Source of the DNA: Anaerolineales bacterium
GTDB lineage: Bacteria > Chloroflexota > Anaerolineae > Aggregatilineales > J027
NCBI GenBank assembly: GCA_020634155.1
Contig: JACKCI010000001.1
Span: 907,768 to 971,767, forward strand
Length of the DNA: 64,000 bases
Reading direction: 5' to 3'
Below are positions 16,037-26,003 of this stretch, in pieces. Within the stretch, counting starts at the first letter, position 1. Each line of letters begins with the position of its first letter. A program made the translations under genes and the position numbers. The notes beneath the pieces are model-generated. The model was not told the DNA's origin, did no database searches, and saw nothing but the letters and a program-made list of their open reading frames with translations.

Positions 16037-18627
16037 GGCTGCTCTCGAATGGGTTCTAGTTCTAGGCGTTTGGTCGCCTGCTCACGAATAGCATTGGCTC
16101 CCCACTGGACATCATGATATTCAATGGTACGCCAAGGAACAATCATATCTTTATAATGGTCACTGGCAGGATGCCCACTCTGCCCAGTGGTATGCATCGC
16201 ACGACTATTGCCAAAGTCGTCCAAGTCTACAATCAAGCGATAGGCAGGCAAGGTTCTGACCAAAAATTGGGCGTCCTCTGTCAACTGATAAGCGGTCGCG
16301 TTGATAATTCCCGTTCCTCCACTCATCTCATAAGGCCCATGATTGAGGGCAAAAGGGCCACTATTGACAATCAAGCTATTGTTCTCGTAGCCAATAACGC
16401 GGCTGACAAAAGTACCTTGATGGAGCAGCCCCCACCGCCATTCGGTGCGATCTTCACCCATATTTTCCATCATCCACTCATAGGCATTGACGAATGCCGT
16501 TTGTAGGAGGTTGTCACGGGTTTCGTAGGTGAACGGCGTCGTTGCATCATCCCACCAAGGATGCTGAGGCTGGTCAAGAATAGCCAAAACCGTTGCCATC
16601 TCACGCTCGCCTCCGGTATTAGGCATCAGGAGTTGGTCATCAAACGTCAAGTGTGCCAGTTCAGACCAAAACACCGCAAATAGAGCCGCTTGGGGGTTAT
16701 CCATGTGGTTTTGTAAATCCCATTCTTTAAACCATGCCAGCGCGTCTTGGTCTTCAATCGGCAGGTCAAATAGATATGGCATCAATCGCTGGGCAAAGAC
16801 ATTGAAGTTATCCCCTTGAATCTGGGTAAAACTATCCACTGTATGCAGATCAACAGCATGTAGCAGATTGACAAGCCGTGTGGCACGGGTATCCAGCGCC
16901 CACTGGCGTGAGAGAGCCACCCACACGCCACCCACTTGCTCAGGGTATAAATTGCCGAGCAACTGTTGGGTTGAATCGCTGTATGTTGCCGCAATCAGGT
17001 TATTAGCATCAACAATCATGCCAGATGGTGGATTGTATAGGCTCGGCAACAACTCAAAAGGAATAGTTCCAAGCCATTGAGGGTCGTCATTGAGGCTATC
17101 TACAGGCACATGACGCGATTGGCCCGCTGTACGAATAGGTAATTGTCCAGCAACCTGATAGCCAATATTGTTCGATGTATCTGCATAAGCAAAGGCAAAG
17201 GGTGTCCATTGCCAACCCTGCACAGCATCACGAAATTCATCCCAGTTGGTCGCACGGTTAAGGTTCAGAAGCGCTGTCACTGGCTCCCCCACTTGCTCCC
17301 ATTGCAAAGCCAATGCCGTATCTCCCGCCAAGTCTGTTAGAACAGGGCCATAACGACTGCGGTTGATGGTGTAGATAGGGGCTTCTTCATCATCAGGAAA
17401 AAAGTTAATGCTCTCCTGTTGAAAGGATACCCATGTTCCATCGACCACATATTGGGTTGGGTCATTGGGGTTGAGATGCAACACAACCCAATCCAATATG
17501 TCCGCCCGTAATGGATTAATTCCCCATGCAATCTGCTCGTTATGCCCAACCACGATTCCGGGTATACCGGGTAGACTGAACCCTGTTAATGTATAGGGAC
17601 AAGCCAAATCCACGCAATACAATCCCATCTCATACCATGTCGAGGGGATTTCTATCGGCATATGGTAATCGTTACCCAATAAGGGTTTGCCGCTTTCGGT
17701 ATGCTCACCGCTCACCACCCATAGGTTGCCCCCCACTGATGGCTCAAGACCAAGCATTGCTATCAATTCAGGAGTTAAACCATCCAGCAAACGTGCGCGT
17801 AGGTCAGCAATATCATAGGTGGAAGCCGAGACCATTGGTGTGCCAGTACCATGAGTTGCTGCTTCGCCCCAAACCGTCAAACCCGACATAGGTGGCTGAT
17901 AAACCGAAAGCAACTCGGCATCTAGGTACTCGTTCAATGCTGCTTGATCCAGTTCAGCCCAAAGGTCACCATCATTCATCCAGCCAAAAAGCTTGGCAAT
18001 CAACAGAGTATGATAGGGTTCCCACGGCTCAACAGGCGCATCACGACCTAAATAAACCAACAGGTTATCCAAACGTCCTGATAATCCAACCAGTCCATAC
18101 TCAGAGGCCAATGATTCCATATCCCGCTCAAGGATATAGGCATTCACACCATCACTGTAGGCTTGTAGGATGTCGCGGGTGGCGGGTGGCGTTTGCTGCC
18201 ATTCGGCGCGGGCAATCTCATCCCAATCAAGAGAAAGCATCAAGCGGTCTGCTGTGATAATTGAGTCGTCGGGGGCAAAAATCTCATGTAAGCGCCCCAT
18301 TGCCATAAACCGCCCCAGTTCCATCTGCCACCAACGGTCCTGAGCATGAACATAGCCTTGCACAAAGAACAGGTCGTGAGTATTGGTAGCAAAAATTTGA
18401 GGAATAGCCCAGCTATCTCGATAGACCGAAGCCGTATCGTTCAGACCTAGAATAGCGTTAGTGCCACTGGTTTTGGGTAATGGGCGAAAGTAAACCGAAT
18501 AGGCAACATAACCAGCAATTCCACCTGAACCAAGCAGGAGAATAGCAATAAGAATAATGGCAAATCGAAGAACCCGTCGTGCTATCATAGTCCCCTGATG
18601 ATACCCCAAAACAAGGGACAATAACAT
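16033..18627 (-). CDS. Penicillin-acylase (S45 Ntn-hydrolase) family protein, N-terminally membrane-anchored
   Basis: 864 aa; N-terminal TM helix, then conserved blocks of the penicillin amidase family (FVQGYVHAQDRWWQME, the nucleophile region SNxWVV...) as I recognise them. Confidence 0.8.
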   Translation of the reverse strand: MLLSLVLGYHQGTMIARRVLRFAIILIAILLLGSGGIAGYVAYSVYFRPLPKTSGTNAILGLNDTASVYRDSWAIPQIFATNTHDLFFVQGYVHAQDRWWQMELGRFMAMGRLHEIFAPDDSIITADRLMLSLDWDEIARAEWQQTPPATRDILQAYSDGVNAYILERDMESLASEYGLVGLSGRLDNLLVYLGRDAPVEPWEPYHTLLIAKLFGWMNDGDLWAELDQAALNEYLDAELLSVYQPPMSGLTVWGEAATHGTGTPMVSASTYDIADLRARLLDGLTPELIAMLGLEPSVGGNLWVVSGEHTESGKPLLGNDYHMPIEIPSTWYEMGLYCVDLACPYTLTGFSLPGIPGIVVGHNEQIAWGINPLRADILDWVVLHLNPNDPTQYVVDGTWVSFQQESINFFPDDEEAPIYTINRSRYGPVLTDLAGDTALALQWEQVGEPVTALLNLNRATNWDEFRDAVQGWQWTPFAFAYADTSNNIGYQVAGQLPIRTAGQSRHVPVDSLNDDPQWLGTIPFELLPSLYNPPSGMIVDANNLIAATYSDSTQQLLGNLYPEQVGGVWVALSRQWALDTRATRLVNLLHAVDLHTVDSFTQIQGDNFNVFAQRLMPYLFDLPIEDQDALAWFKEWDLQNHMDNPQAALFAVFWSELAHLTFDDQLLMPNTGGEREMATVLAILDQPQHPWWDDATTPFTYETRDNLLQTAFVNAYEWMMENMGEDRTEWRWGLLHQGTFVSRVIGYENNSLIVNSGPFALNHGPYEMSGGTGIINATAYQLTEDAQFLVRTLPAYRLIVDLDDFGNSRAMHTTGQSGHPASDHYKDMIVPWRTIEYHDVQWGANAIREQATKRLELEPIREQP

Positions 18628-18635
18628 AAACAGGA

Positions 18636-19754
18636 CTAGGTTGTTCGCAATTGGCGCTCGGCATATCCAACTAAATCACGGTGCGAAATCACCCCAAGGG
18701 GCTGTTCATCGGAGGTCACTAACAAATAGGGTTGACGCTTCAAGTCAAGACTTTGCAAGATTTCATATAGGTCACTGGCAGCATCAACTGTTTGGATTCT
18801 ACCAATCGGTGTCATAGCAGTTTCCACTGTGACATTCCCCCACATGGCATGAGACATCAAACGCAGATTCTCAATGGTCAAGATGCCAACAATCTCACCA
18901 TTGTCAACAACGGTTGCAGCCGAGGCTCCCCCCCCAAGCGACATCATATCCAACGCATAGCCGAGGGGCCAATGGGGTTGGACATTGGTACGCGGACGCA
19001 CCAAATGGCCTACGGAAATCCCGCTCAAGCCATCTCGCACATGAGCGCTCTGCAGGTGTGTTTTCGCCGCATTCATTAAAAACATCCCTAGCAAAATTGT
19101 CCACAGACCACTACCGAATAGTGCATTTTGGAAGAAGAGTGAACCGAAACCGCTCAAAATCATCAAGCCCGCAAAGCCCTGTCCGGTATAGCTGGCCCAG
19201 CGGGTAGCCCACAGATACTTACCACTAATCCACCATAGCAACGCCCGCAAAACCCGCCCGCCATCAAGGGGAAAGCCGGGGGTCATGTTGAACACAGCTA
19301 AAATCACATTGATGATGCCAAGCCAGTAAAACACCTCAACAATAACTGGATGGTTATCCCAAATATAGGACACGCCCATGAAGATACCACCCAACACCAA
19401 ACTGCTCAGAGGTCCAACAATCGCAATCCAGAATTCTTGATGCGCCCGACGTGGTTCACGCTCAATTTCTGCAACTCCACCAAGGAAAAACAACACAATG
19501 CGGCGGACAGGTATGCCATAAAAACGGGCCATCAGTGCATGCGCCAGTTCGTGCCACAGGATAGAGCCAAAAAACAGCACCGCACCGACAAGGCTGGCTA
19601 TAAGATACACTTGGCTGGACTGGTCAGGAGCGCGGGTGGGCAGAACCAATGACGCCAATTGGTAGGTTACCAATAAAGCAATCAACAAAAGACTATAGTT
19701 AATGCCAATCTCAATACCCGCAATGCGCCCCAAACGTATGGAAGACCCTAGCAT
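18636..19754 (-). CDS. Site-2 protease (M50 zinc metalloprotease) with tandem CBS domains
   Basis: 372 aa; HELAHAL HExxH motif inside a TM helix; multiple TM segments; C-terminal CBS pair (ILTIENL..., YLLVTSDEQPLGVISHRDLV). Confidence 0.8.
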   Translation of the reverse strand: MLGSSIRLGRIAGIEIGINYSLLLIALLVTYQLASLVLPTRAPDQSSQVYLIASLVGAVLFFGSILWHELAHALMARFYGIPVRRIVLFFLGGVAEIEREPRRAHQEFWIAIVGPLSSLVLGGIFMGVSYIWDNHPVIVEVFYWLGIINVILAVFNMTPGFPLDGGRVLRALLWWISGKYLWATRWASYTGQGFAGLMILSGFGSLFFQNALFGSGLWTILLGMFLMNAAKTHLQSAHVRDGLSGISVGHLVRPRTNVQPHWPLGYALDMMSLGGGASAATVVDNGEIVGILTIENLRLMSHAMWGNVTVETAMTPIGRIQTVDAASDLYEILQSLDLKRQPYLLVTSDEQPLGVISHRDLVGYAERQLRTT

Positions 19755-19760
19755 GTGTGC

Positions 19761-19916
19761 TTATTCCTTTTTCTTCTGCCCAAAGAACGTATGCCACATC
19801 TGGCGCAGAATACCCAACTCCTTATCATCGGAAATCCATGCGGTAATCAACAACACCGCCGCTAGACACAACCCGAAGACAAGCACTACCAGTATGGCAA
19901 ATAATCCTGTGTCCAT
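19761..19916 (-). CDS. Possible 51-aa single-pass membrane peptide (start coupled TGATG to upstream stop)
   Basis: Internal Met of track ORF 19761..20003 begins exactly at the stop of the 19916..20311 gene; hydrophobic helix LFAILVVLVFGLCLAAVLLITAWI; weakly supported. Confidence 0.25.
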   Translation of the reverse strand: MDTGLFAILVVLVFGLCLAAVLLITAWISDDKELGILRQMWHTFFGQKKKE

Positions 19917-20311
19917 CAGAGACCTGTGGCTATCCCTATTACTATCATCGCTAGCATGACCACAAACAGCAGTGCCAAAATAACCACCACTCCACCAACC
20001 CAAAAGCCTTCATCCGTATCAAAAACATCTGGAATGCGCTTGGTTTTACCACCAACCACTACCACCCGATGTGGATAAGGCACTTGGCCCAAGTCCTGTA
20101 GGATACGCTTGGCTTGTCGATGGGTTGGCCTCAAATCTAAGACATGGTAAGCAGCAGCAGCAGCCTCCGCAGGGTCGGGTGAATACTCAGCCAACGTCAA
20201 CCATGCCAATAGGTCAGTTGGATTAGCTTCAGTCAATTCATGCAACAATGCCACCGCCTTGTCAATGTGGCCTTGCTTTGCTAAGAGAATAGCGCGTTTT
20301 AAGGTGGACAT
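19916..20311 (-). CDS. TPR-like helical protein with C-terminal membrane anchor
   Basis: 131 aa; N-terminal helical repeat region (LAKQGHIDKAVALLHEL...AWLTLAEY) and C-terminal TM helix VVVILALLFVVMLAMIVIGIA. Confidence 0.45.
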   Translation of the reverse strand: MSTLKRAILLAKQGHIDKAVALLHELTEANPTDLLAWLTLAEYSPDPAEAAAAAYHVLDLRPTHRQAKRILQDLGQVPYPHRVVVVGGKTKRIPDVFDTDEGFWVGGVVVILALLFVVMLAMIVIGIATGL

Positions 20312-20370
20312 TTTACGGTTACCCCACCCTCATCATATCATAAGAATAGCGGGCGCTTGGCACCCAAAGA

Positions 20371-21855
20371 TTAGGGTTTCATCCAAGCTCGCTTTTTACT
20401 CACGGCCTGCTCATAAAGCTTTAGATACTCGTGGGCGCTTTTGTCCCAACTCCAATCCTTTCGCATCCCCCGCTCCTGCATCCGTTCAAAGGCCTCATGT
20501 CGGTTGTGATACGTGTCAAACGCCCAGCGCAGAGTACCCACAATAGCGTCGGGCGATTCCCATAGGAAGCTAAACCCGGTACCGACCTCAGCCGCCCCTC
20601 CATCATAATTCTCAACGGTATCCGACAATCCACCTGTTTCACGTACCACAGGCAGGGCACCGTAGCGTTGAGCAATAAGCTGTGTCATACCGCACGGCTC
20701 ATAGCGGCTCGGCACCATGATAAAATCACTACCCGCATAAATGCGGTTTGCCAGAATAGGGTCATAGTAGGTTTTGGCACGTACCTTCCACCAGAAATCA
20801 TGCCCCATTTGCCAGACCATGTGTTCGAGGTCTTGCTCACCCGATCCTAGAATCACCACCTGTATATCGGTATCAACACACAGCCAACGCAGGGCATCAA
20901 CCAACATATCAATACCCTTTTGCTCGACCAGCCGCGAGACCACTCCAATCAATGGCACATCATCACGAATGGGCAAATCCAGCAATTCCTGTAAAGCGCG
21001 TTTGTTGGCGGGGCGCTCGGTGCGGAAGTTATCCACTGTGTAGTTGTTAAAGAGATGGCGATCAGTCGCGGGGTTGAAGCCTTCCATATCAATGCCGTTG
21101 AGGATGCCGCTAAAATCCATGTCCCGCGCCCATATCAGTGGCTCTAGCCCTTCCCCAAAGCGCGGGTAGTGCAGTTCTACCGCATGATTAGGGCTGACAG
21201 TGTTCAGCTTATCGGCATAAGCCAAGCCAATCGCCAAGAGGTCGCCTGTGAAGCCTGTTGCCAACAGCATCGGATGGTCGCGGGGTTGAATGTCGAGTTG
21301 GTCGAGCCACCCGCCCGCAAAGCGCCCTTGATAGGCCATGTTGTGAATGGTCATCACCGAGGCCACTTGATTCCATTTATCCTCAAAGCGGGTCAGGTGC
21401 AGCAAAAATGGCACCAGTCCTGTATGCCAGTCATGCACATGGATGACATCCGGCCACCAAGGGCCAGACTCATTATCGGCTCCCATTTGCAGGTGCCAAG
21501 CTGCTCCTAGGGCTGCCTGTGCAAAAAAGATAAAGCGCTGGTTATCCCAGTTGTAATCCGTATAGAGATAGGGTTGATCGAAAAAAGGCCAGCTTCGTAA
21601 AAAATAAAATGGCACGCCGCGATGCACGGTCTTGCTCACATGCACATCGGCTGTACCCACTTTTCGCTGTTGCTGAAAACTAAAATTGTAGGTGAGTTCA
21701 AAAGCGCGGTCATGAATGGTGCCATAGTGCGGCAAGATAACCCGCGCATCAATATCCATTCGTTGCAAGGCGCGGGGCAAGCTCCCGACTACATCACCCA
21801 GACCACCTGTTTTAGCAAAAGGCTCGGCTTCCGCTGCAATAAAGAGTACCTTCAT
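20371..21855 (-). CDS. glgA: Glycogen (starch) synthase, ADP-glucose type
   Basis: 494 aa; N-terminal KVLFIAAEAEPFAKTGGLGDV signature of GT5 GlgA and C-terminal GT-B motifs. Confidence 0.9.
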   Translation of the reverse strand: MKVLFIAAEAEPFAKTGGLGDVVGSLPRALQRMDIDARVILPHYGTIHDRAFELTYNFSFQQQRKVGTADVHVSKTVHRGVPFYFLRSWPFFDQPYLYTDYNWDNQRFIFFAQAALGAAWHLQMGADNESGPWWPDVIHVHDWHTGLVPFLLHLTRFEDKWNQVASVMTIHNMAYQGRFAGGWLDQLDIQPRDHPMLLATGFTGDLLAIGLAYADKLNTVSPNHAVELHYPRFGEGLEPLIWARDMDFSGILNGIDMEGFNPATDRHLFNNYTVDNFRTERPANKRALQELLDLPIRDDVPLIGVVSRLVEQKGIDMLVDALRWLCVDTDIQVVILGSGEQDLEHMVWQMGHDFWWKVRAKTYYDPILANRIYAGSDFIMVPSRYEPCGMTQLIAQRYGALPVVRETGGLSDTVENYDGGAAEVGTGFSFLWESPDAIVGTLRWAFDTYHNRHEAFERMQERGMRKDWSWDKSAHEYLKLYEQAVSKKRAWMKP

Positions 21856-21917
21856 GTGTTCCCAACTCCTTGTTGTGCTTTAACTATGACCCAAGCGGGC
21901 GGGCGATGCAACTCAAT

Positions 21918-22844
21918 TTAGACCGTTTCACGAACCCGCGCCATGACTTCATGAATACGCGCTTGGTCAATGGGTGCATAGGTATCGAAGTTGACGGGTG
22001 GCTCACTGTAGTCAAGTAGCAGTGATGGGCGACGGTCATCCTCAAAAGTAGTTTGATACACCGCCCCAAAATCAACCCCCACAGCATCCGTACCCATCAG
22101 TGGAATCGCTAGAGTCGGCAATCCTTCATCCACCTGCAAACAATAAAAACGTGTGATACCGCTAGGGCTGGCAGGCGTTGGCGATGGATCGGCAATCACG
22201 ATTGAATAGGGGTAGGCATCGGGTTCATGACGGCTATAGTCTGGCAAGAGTGGCGTATAGAGATTAGGCGTCTCATGCAAATAGTCGATTTCAACCAGTC
22301 GAAGTCCCGCATTTAGGGTTTTGCGTCGCATGGCAAGATAGTGGTTGCGGTCGCTCGTCTTGTTGCTGGGTGAAAGCAGTTCAAGGCGCGTCACAGGCTG
22401 GTCATCGGCATAGATAACCACCGCGGTTAGCTCATCCTCATCAATCAAGATTTCCTCGGTAGCGACCTCCAAGGTTGGGATCATTGCAGGCTGGGTCGCT
22501 TCTGCTGGGTGAGATAATGGCCCGCGCTGCATAATTGCAATATCAGGACGTGTACGGGTAAGTTCGGTTCCGCTTACCAAAATCTGGAGCGATTGCTCGG
22601 ATACAGCATAATAGCCTTCGGGGAGAATCCGATTCAACGCGCTTTTGAGATGGGTAATATGGTCGCTATGAAACGTCACCCACCCACCTTCGCCCTGTTG
22701 CAGCCAACTATGAAAGTGGGCGTTGATACCTCGATAAGGGTTGTAGTCTAGTCGTAGCGGCATTTGTCGAAAACCTGAACTTATGCTATGGTTTGCCCCG
22801 ATTCTAACATACTGAGGTGAGAATAAATATGAAGCTACTCTCAT
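21918..22844 (-). CDS. Uma2-family (DUF820-like) PD-(D/E)xK putative endonuclease
   Basis: 308 aa; LELLSPSNKTSDR...Y...K...AGLRLVEIDYL matches the E-(V/L)-LSPSN...D...K...EYW core of Uma2 proteins; the N-terminal extension may be over-called, the true start may be an internal Met. Confidence 0.5.
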   Translation of the reverse strand: MRVASYLFSPQYVRIGANHSISSGFRQMPLRLDYNPYRGINAHFHSWLQQGEGGWVTFHSDHITHLKSALNRILPEGYYAVSEQSLQILVSGTELTRTRPDIAIMQRGPLSHPAEATQPAMIPTLEVATEEILIDEDELTAVVIYADDQPVTRLELLSPSNKTSDRNHYLAMRRKTLNAGLRLVEIDYLHETPNLYTPLLPDYSRHEPDAYPYSIVIADPSPTPASPSGITRFYCLQVDEGLPTLAIPLMGTDAVGVDFGAVYQTTFEDDRRPSLLLDYSEPPVNFDTYAPIDQARIHEVMARVRETV

Positions 22845-23608
22845 GGAACGTCAATGGCATACGGTCTGTGCAGCGCAAAGGGTTTCTGGACTGGCTACGC
22901 GAAGCCAATCCCGACATTCTGGCGGTGCAAGAAGTCCGCGCCCTGCCTGAGCAAATGGACGCTGAACTGCGTGAACCCGACGGCTACCATACCTATTGGT
23001 ACCCCGCCGAGAAAAAAGGCTATAGCGGCGTTGGGCTATACACTAAGCAAGCACCCTTGAGCGTCCACTATGGCCTCGGCATTGAGGAATTTGATAGCGA
23101 AGGCCGTACCCTGATTGCTGAGTTTCCGCAGTTCACCCTCATCAATGCCTATTTCCCCAGCGGCACACGCGGCCTGACCCGTGTTGATTTTAAGATGGCC
23201 TATAACGATGCTTTCCTAGAGGCATGTGAACGGATACGTGGCAAGAACCGCACCACACCGCTCATCTTCTGTGGGGATATCAACACGGCCCATAAGGAAA
23301 TTGACCTCACCCACCCCAAGACTAACGAGAACACATCAGGATTTATGCCCATTGAACGGGCATGGCTCGACAAAATCTTCGGCATGGGCTATCTCGATAC
23401 CTTCCGCCACTTCTATCCCGATGCCGCCGAGCGTTATTCGTGGTGGACGACCCGCGCCAACGCCCGTGAGCGCAACATCGGCTGGCGTATTGATTATGTG
23501 ATTGTCACCCAAGACTTGGTACCGAATCTAAAAGACGCCTACATCCTGTCGGATGTGATGGGGTCAGACCATTGTCCGGTGGGGATTGATTTGCACTTTC
23601 CAGATTAA
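22829..23608 (+). CDS. xthA: Exodeoxyribonuclease III (AP endonuclease)
   Basis: Start at ATG 22829 (MKLLSWNVNGIRS) with GAGGTGA RBS 9 nt upstream; EEP-family catalytic motifs LQEV, GDIN, SDHCPV. Confidence 0.9.
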   Translation: MKLLSWNVNGIRSVQRKGFLDWLREANPDILAVQEVRALPEQMDAELREPDGYHTYWYPAEKKGYSGVGLYTKQAPLSVHYGLGIEEFDSEGRTLIAEFPQFTLINAYFPSGTRGLTRVDFKMAYNDAFLEACERIRGKNRTTPLIFCGDINTAHKEIDLTHPKTNENTSGFMPIERAWLDKIFGMGYLDTFRHFYPDAAERYSWWTTRANARERNIGWRIDYVIVTQDLVPNLKDAYILSDVMGSDHCPVGIDLHFPD

Positions 23609-24273
23609 TCACCCTCAAAAGGGAGTGGGGGTTGGCCTACCGGACGAAAGGTATAGCGGTGATACGGCGTACCTCCCAGACGCCGCACGGCTTCGATATG
23701 GGCAGGGGTACCATAACCGACATTTGAGTCCAATTGATAATCGGGGTGACAGCTTTCCGCTAACTGGCGCACCAGACGGTCATGCTCACTTTTGGCAAGG
23801 ATGGCAGCACAGGCAATCGAGAGGCATTGTGCATCACCCCTAATCAATGAACGTTTGTGAGACTCATCGAGGCCTGTCGGAGTCGGCATGGTGCTATCGG
23901 TCAGTAAAAAATCAACTGAGCATCCGAGTTGGGCCTGCACCATCCCCAGCGCTTGCTCCTCGGCCCGACGGATGGCACCCATAATCCCGTATTGGTCAAC
24001 CTCTTTCGCTGAACTGACACCCACCGCCCACGCGAGGGCTACCGCTTGGACATCCGCCGCCAGCCGATACACTTTTTTGCGATAAAGCGCCTTTGAATCG
24101 CGGACTTGGGCAAGGCTTTCTTTGAGTGATTCGGGATTATCCAATGGCAAAACGACCATCCCGACACACACTGGCCCAAAGATGCTGCCCCGTCCGGCTT
24201 CATCCACGCCCGCAATCAAGCGATAACCTTGCTTCAGCAATTCTTGTTCATAATCCAAATGGGGTATCTGCAT
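23605..24273 (-). CDS. rnhB: Ribonuclease HII
   Basis: 222 aa; AGVDEAGRGSIFGPV catalytic DEAGRG motif; overlaps the xth stop by 4 nt (convergent). Confidence 0.9.
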   Translation of the reverse strand: MQIPHLDYEQELLKQGYRLIAGVDEAGRGSIFGPVCVGMVVLPLDNPESLKESLAQVRDSKALYRKKVYRLAADVQAVALAWAVGVSSAKEVDQYGIMGAIRRAEEQALGMVQAQLGCSVDFLLTDSTMPTPTGLDESHKRSLIRGDAQCLSIACAAILAKSEHDRLVRQLAESCHPDYQLDSNVGYGTPAHIEAVRRLGGTPYHRYTFRPVGQPPLPFEGD

Positions 24274-24347
24274 TAGTCGGATTCCCTGTGAAAAAACACA
24301 TGAGGCCTAGTATACTAAGGAACCTAATGGAGACAAGGAGGGAGACC

Positions 24348-25511
24348 ATGACTCGTGAAGTTGTTATTATTGAAGGAGTACGCACGCCAGTTGGCAAGCG
24401 CAACGGTGGATTAAGCCGTGTGCATGCCCTTGACCTCGCCAGCGTTCCCCTCAAAGCCTTGATTACCCGCACAGGTATTGACCCGACCAGCATCGACTAC
24501 GTACTATGGGGGTGTGTGTCACAGGTTGGGGAGCAGTCTATCAACGTCGGACGCCAAGCATGGCTACACGCAGGGCTACCCCTTGAGGTACCTGCCAGCA
24601 CCATCGACACCCAATGCGGCTCCAGCCAGCAAGCCCTCAATATCGCCTTTGGCATGATTGCCAGCGGGCAGGTCGAGTGCATGATTGTCGGCGGCGTGGA
24701 GAGCATGTCACGGATACCGATGGGCAGCAATTTTATGCAGGGGCCGGGGACACCCTATCCGCCGCGCTTTTTGGAGCAATACCCCGTCACCAATCAAGGT
24801 GATTCGGCAGAGATGATGGCAAGTCGCTGGGCTGTCAGCCGTGAGGAGGCCGATACCTTCAGCCTTGAGAGCCACCGCCGCGCCCACCAAGCCACCTTAA
24901 ACGGTTGGTTTGCAGATGAGATTATTCCAGTCGAGACGGTTGATGAAGCGGGCAATCCTGTCACCATTTCGCGTGATGAAGGTATCCGCCCCACCACCAC
25001 CCCTGAAAAGATGGCCTCGCTTGCGCCCGCCTTCCAAGCCAACGGCATTGTTACTGCGGGTAATTCCAGTCAAATTTCAGACGGCGCGGCGGCCTTGCTG
25101 GTGATGTCTGCTGATAAAGCCAAGGCACTAGGGCTAAAGCCCCGTGCTCGGATTGTGGCCCAGACCCTTGTTGGTGTAGACCCCGTATTGATGTTAAGTG
25201 GCCCTATCCCCGCCACCGCTAAAGTATTGTCTATTGCCGGACTGAAACTAGACGATATAGATTTGGTTGAAATTAATGAGGCTTTTGCATCCGTTGTGCT
25301 GGCTTGGCAACATGAATACCAGCCTGATATGAGCCGCGTGAATGTGCATGGTGGAGCCGTCGCTCTTGGGCACCCATTGGGAGCTTCCGGTGCCCGTTTG
25401 ATGGTCACACTACTCCACGCTCTAGAAACGCACGGCAAGCGCTACGGCTTGCAAACGATGTGTTGCGGTGGCGGCTTAGGTACAGGGACGATTATCGAAT
25501 GGCTGGGGTAG
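24348..25511 (+). CDS. Acetyl-CoA acetyltransferase (thiolase II)
   Basis: Start at ATG 24348 (MTREVVIIEGVRTPVGK) with AGGAGGGAG RBS; thiolase active-site blocks (CGSSQQAL..., NVHGGAVALGHPLGASG, C-terminal MCCGGGLGTG). Track ORF 24126 is an upstream over-extension. Confidence 0.9.
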   Translation: MTREVVIIEGVRTPVGKRNGGLSRVHALDLASVPLKALITRTGIDPTSIDYVLWGCVSQVGEQSINVGRQAWLHAGLPLEVPASTIDTQCGSSQQALNIAFGMIASGQVECMIVGGVESMSRIPMGSNFMQGPGTPYPPRFLEQYPVTNQGDSAEMMASRWAVSREEADTFSLESHRRAHQATLNGWFADEIIPVETVDEAGNPVTISRDEGIRPTTTPEKMASLAPAFQANGIVTAGNSSQISDGAAALLVMSADKAKALGLKPRARIVAQTLVGVDPVLMLSGPIPATAKVLSIAGLKLDDIDLVEINEAFASVVLAWQHEYQPDMSRVNVHGGAVALGHPLGASGARLMVTLLHALETHGKRYGLQTMCCGGGLGTGTIIEWLG

Positions 25512-25945
25512 AAAACCAAGTAGAACGTATTGGAGCCTATTGCCAAGAAGGGTTAATCACCGAGCGCTTGACGAGCGGCATTTTCATCTATCGGGCAAGT
25601 GACATGAAGCGAGCCACAATTGATGTATGGTACGCAGCAGTTAGCGCCCATGATAAGGCTGCCTATGCTAATCAGGTGCATATCTGTAGCATTATTGATA
25701 TACGGCAGGCAGGGTGGCCCACACCTTATGCTATAACAATGGCGAACAAAAGCGCCCAAAACACCCCACCTGATTTAGAGGAATCAATGGTCGTTCTGGT
25801 GGCTGATACGATTGGGTTTCGTATGGTTGAAATCATGGTTCGCAAACTGACCAGCAAAGCCCGCCATGCTACCCGCATCATGCGAGACGAAACCGATGCT
25901 ATTGAATGGCTACAAGAACGTATTGAGCTGCTCAAACACGACTAA
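25499..25945 (+). CDS. Hypothetical protein translationally coupled to thiolase
   Basis: ATG 25499 lies 13 nt inside the thiolase 3' end in another frame; 148-aa product MAGVENQVERIGAYCQEG... with no motif I can assign (possibly STAS-like; unverified). Confidence 0.4.
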   Translation: MAGVENQVERIGAYCQEGLITERLTSGIFIYRASDMKRATIDVWYAAVSAHDKAAYANQVHICSIIDIRQAGWPTPYAITMANKSAQNTPPDLEESMVVLVADTIGFRMVEIMVRKLTSKARHATRIMRDETDAIEWLQERIELLKHD

Positions 25946-26003
25946 CAAAAATGCCGCCCTTGGGTATATTCAAGGACGGCACATTTCATGGATTGCTGTA
26001 ACC

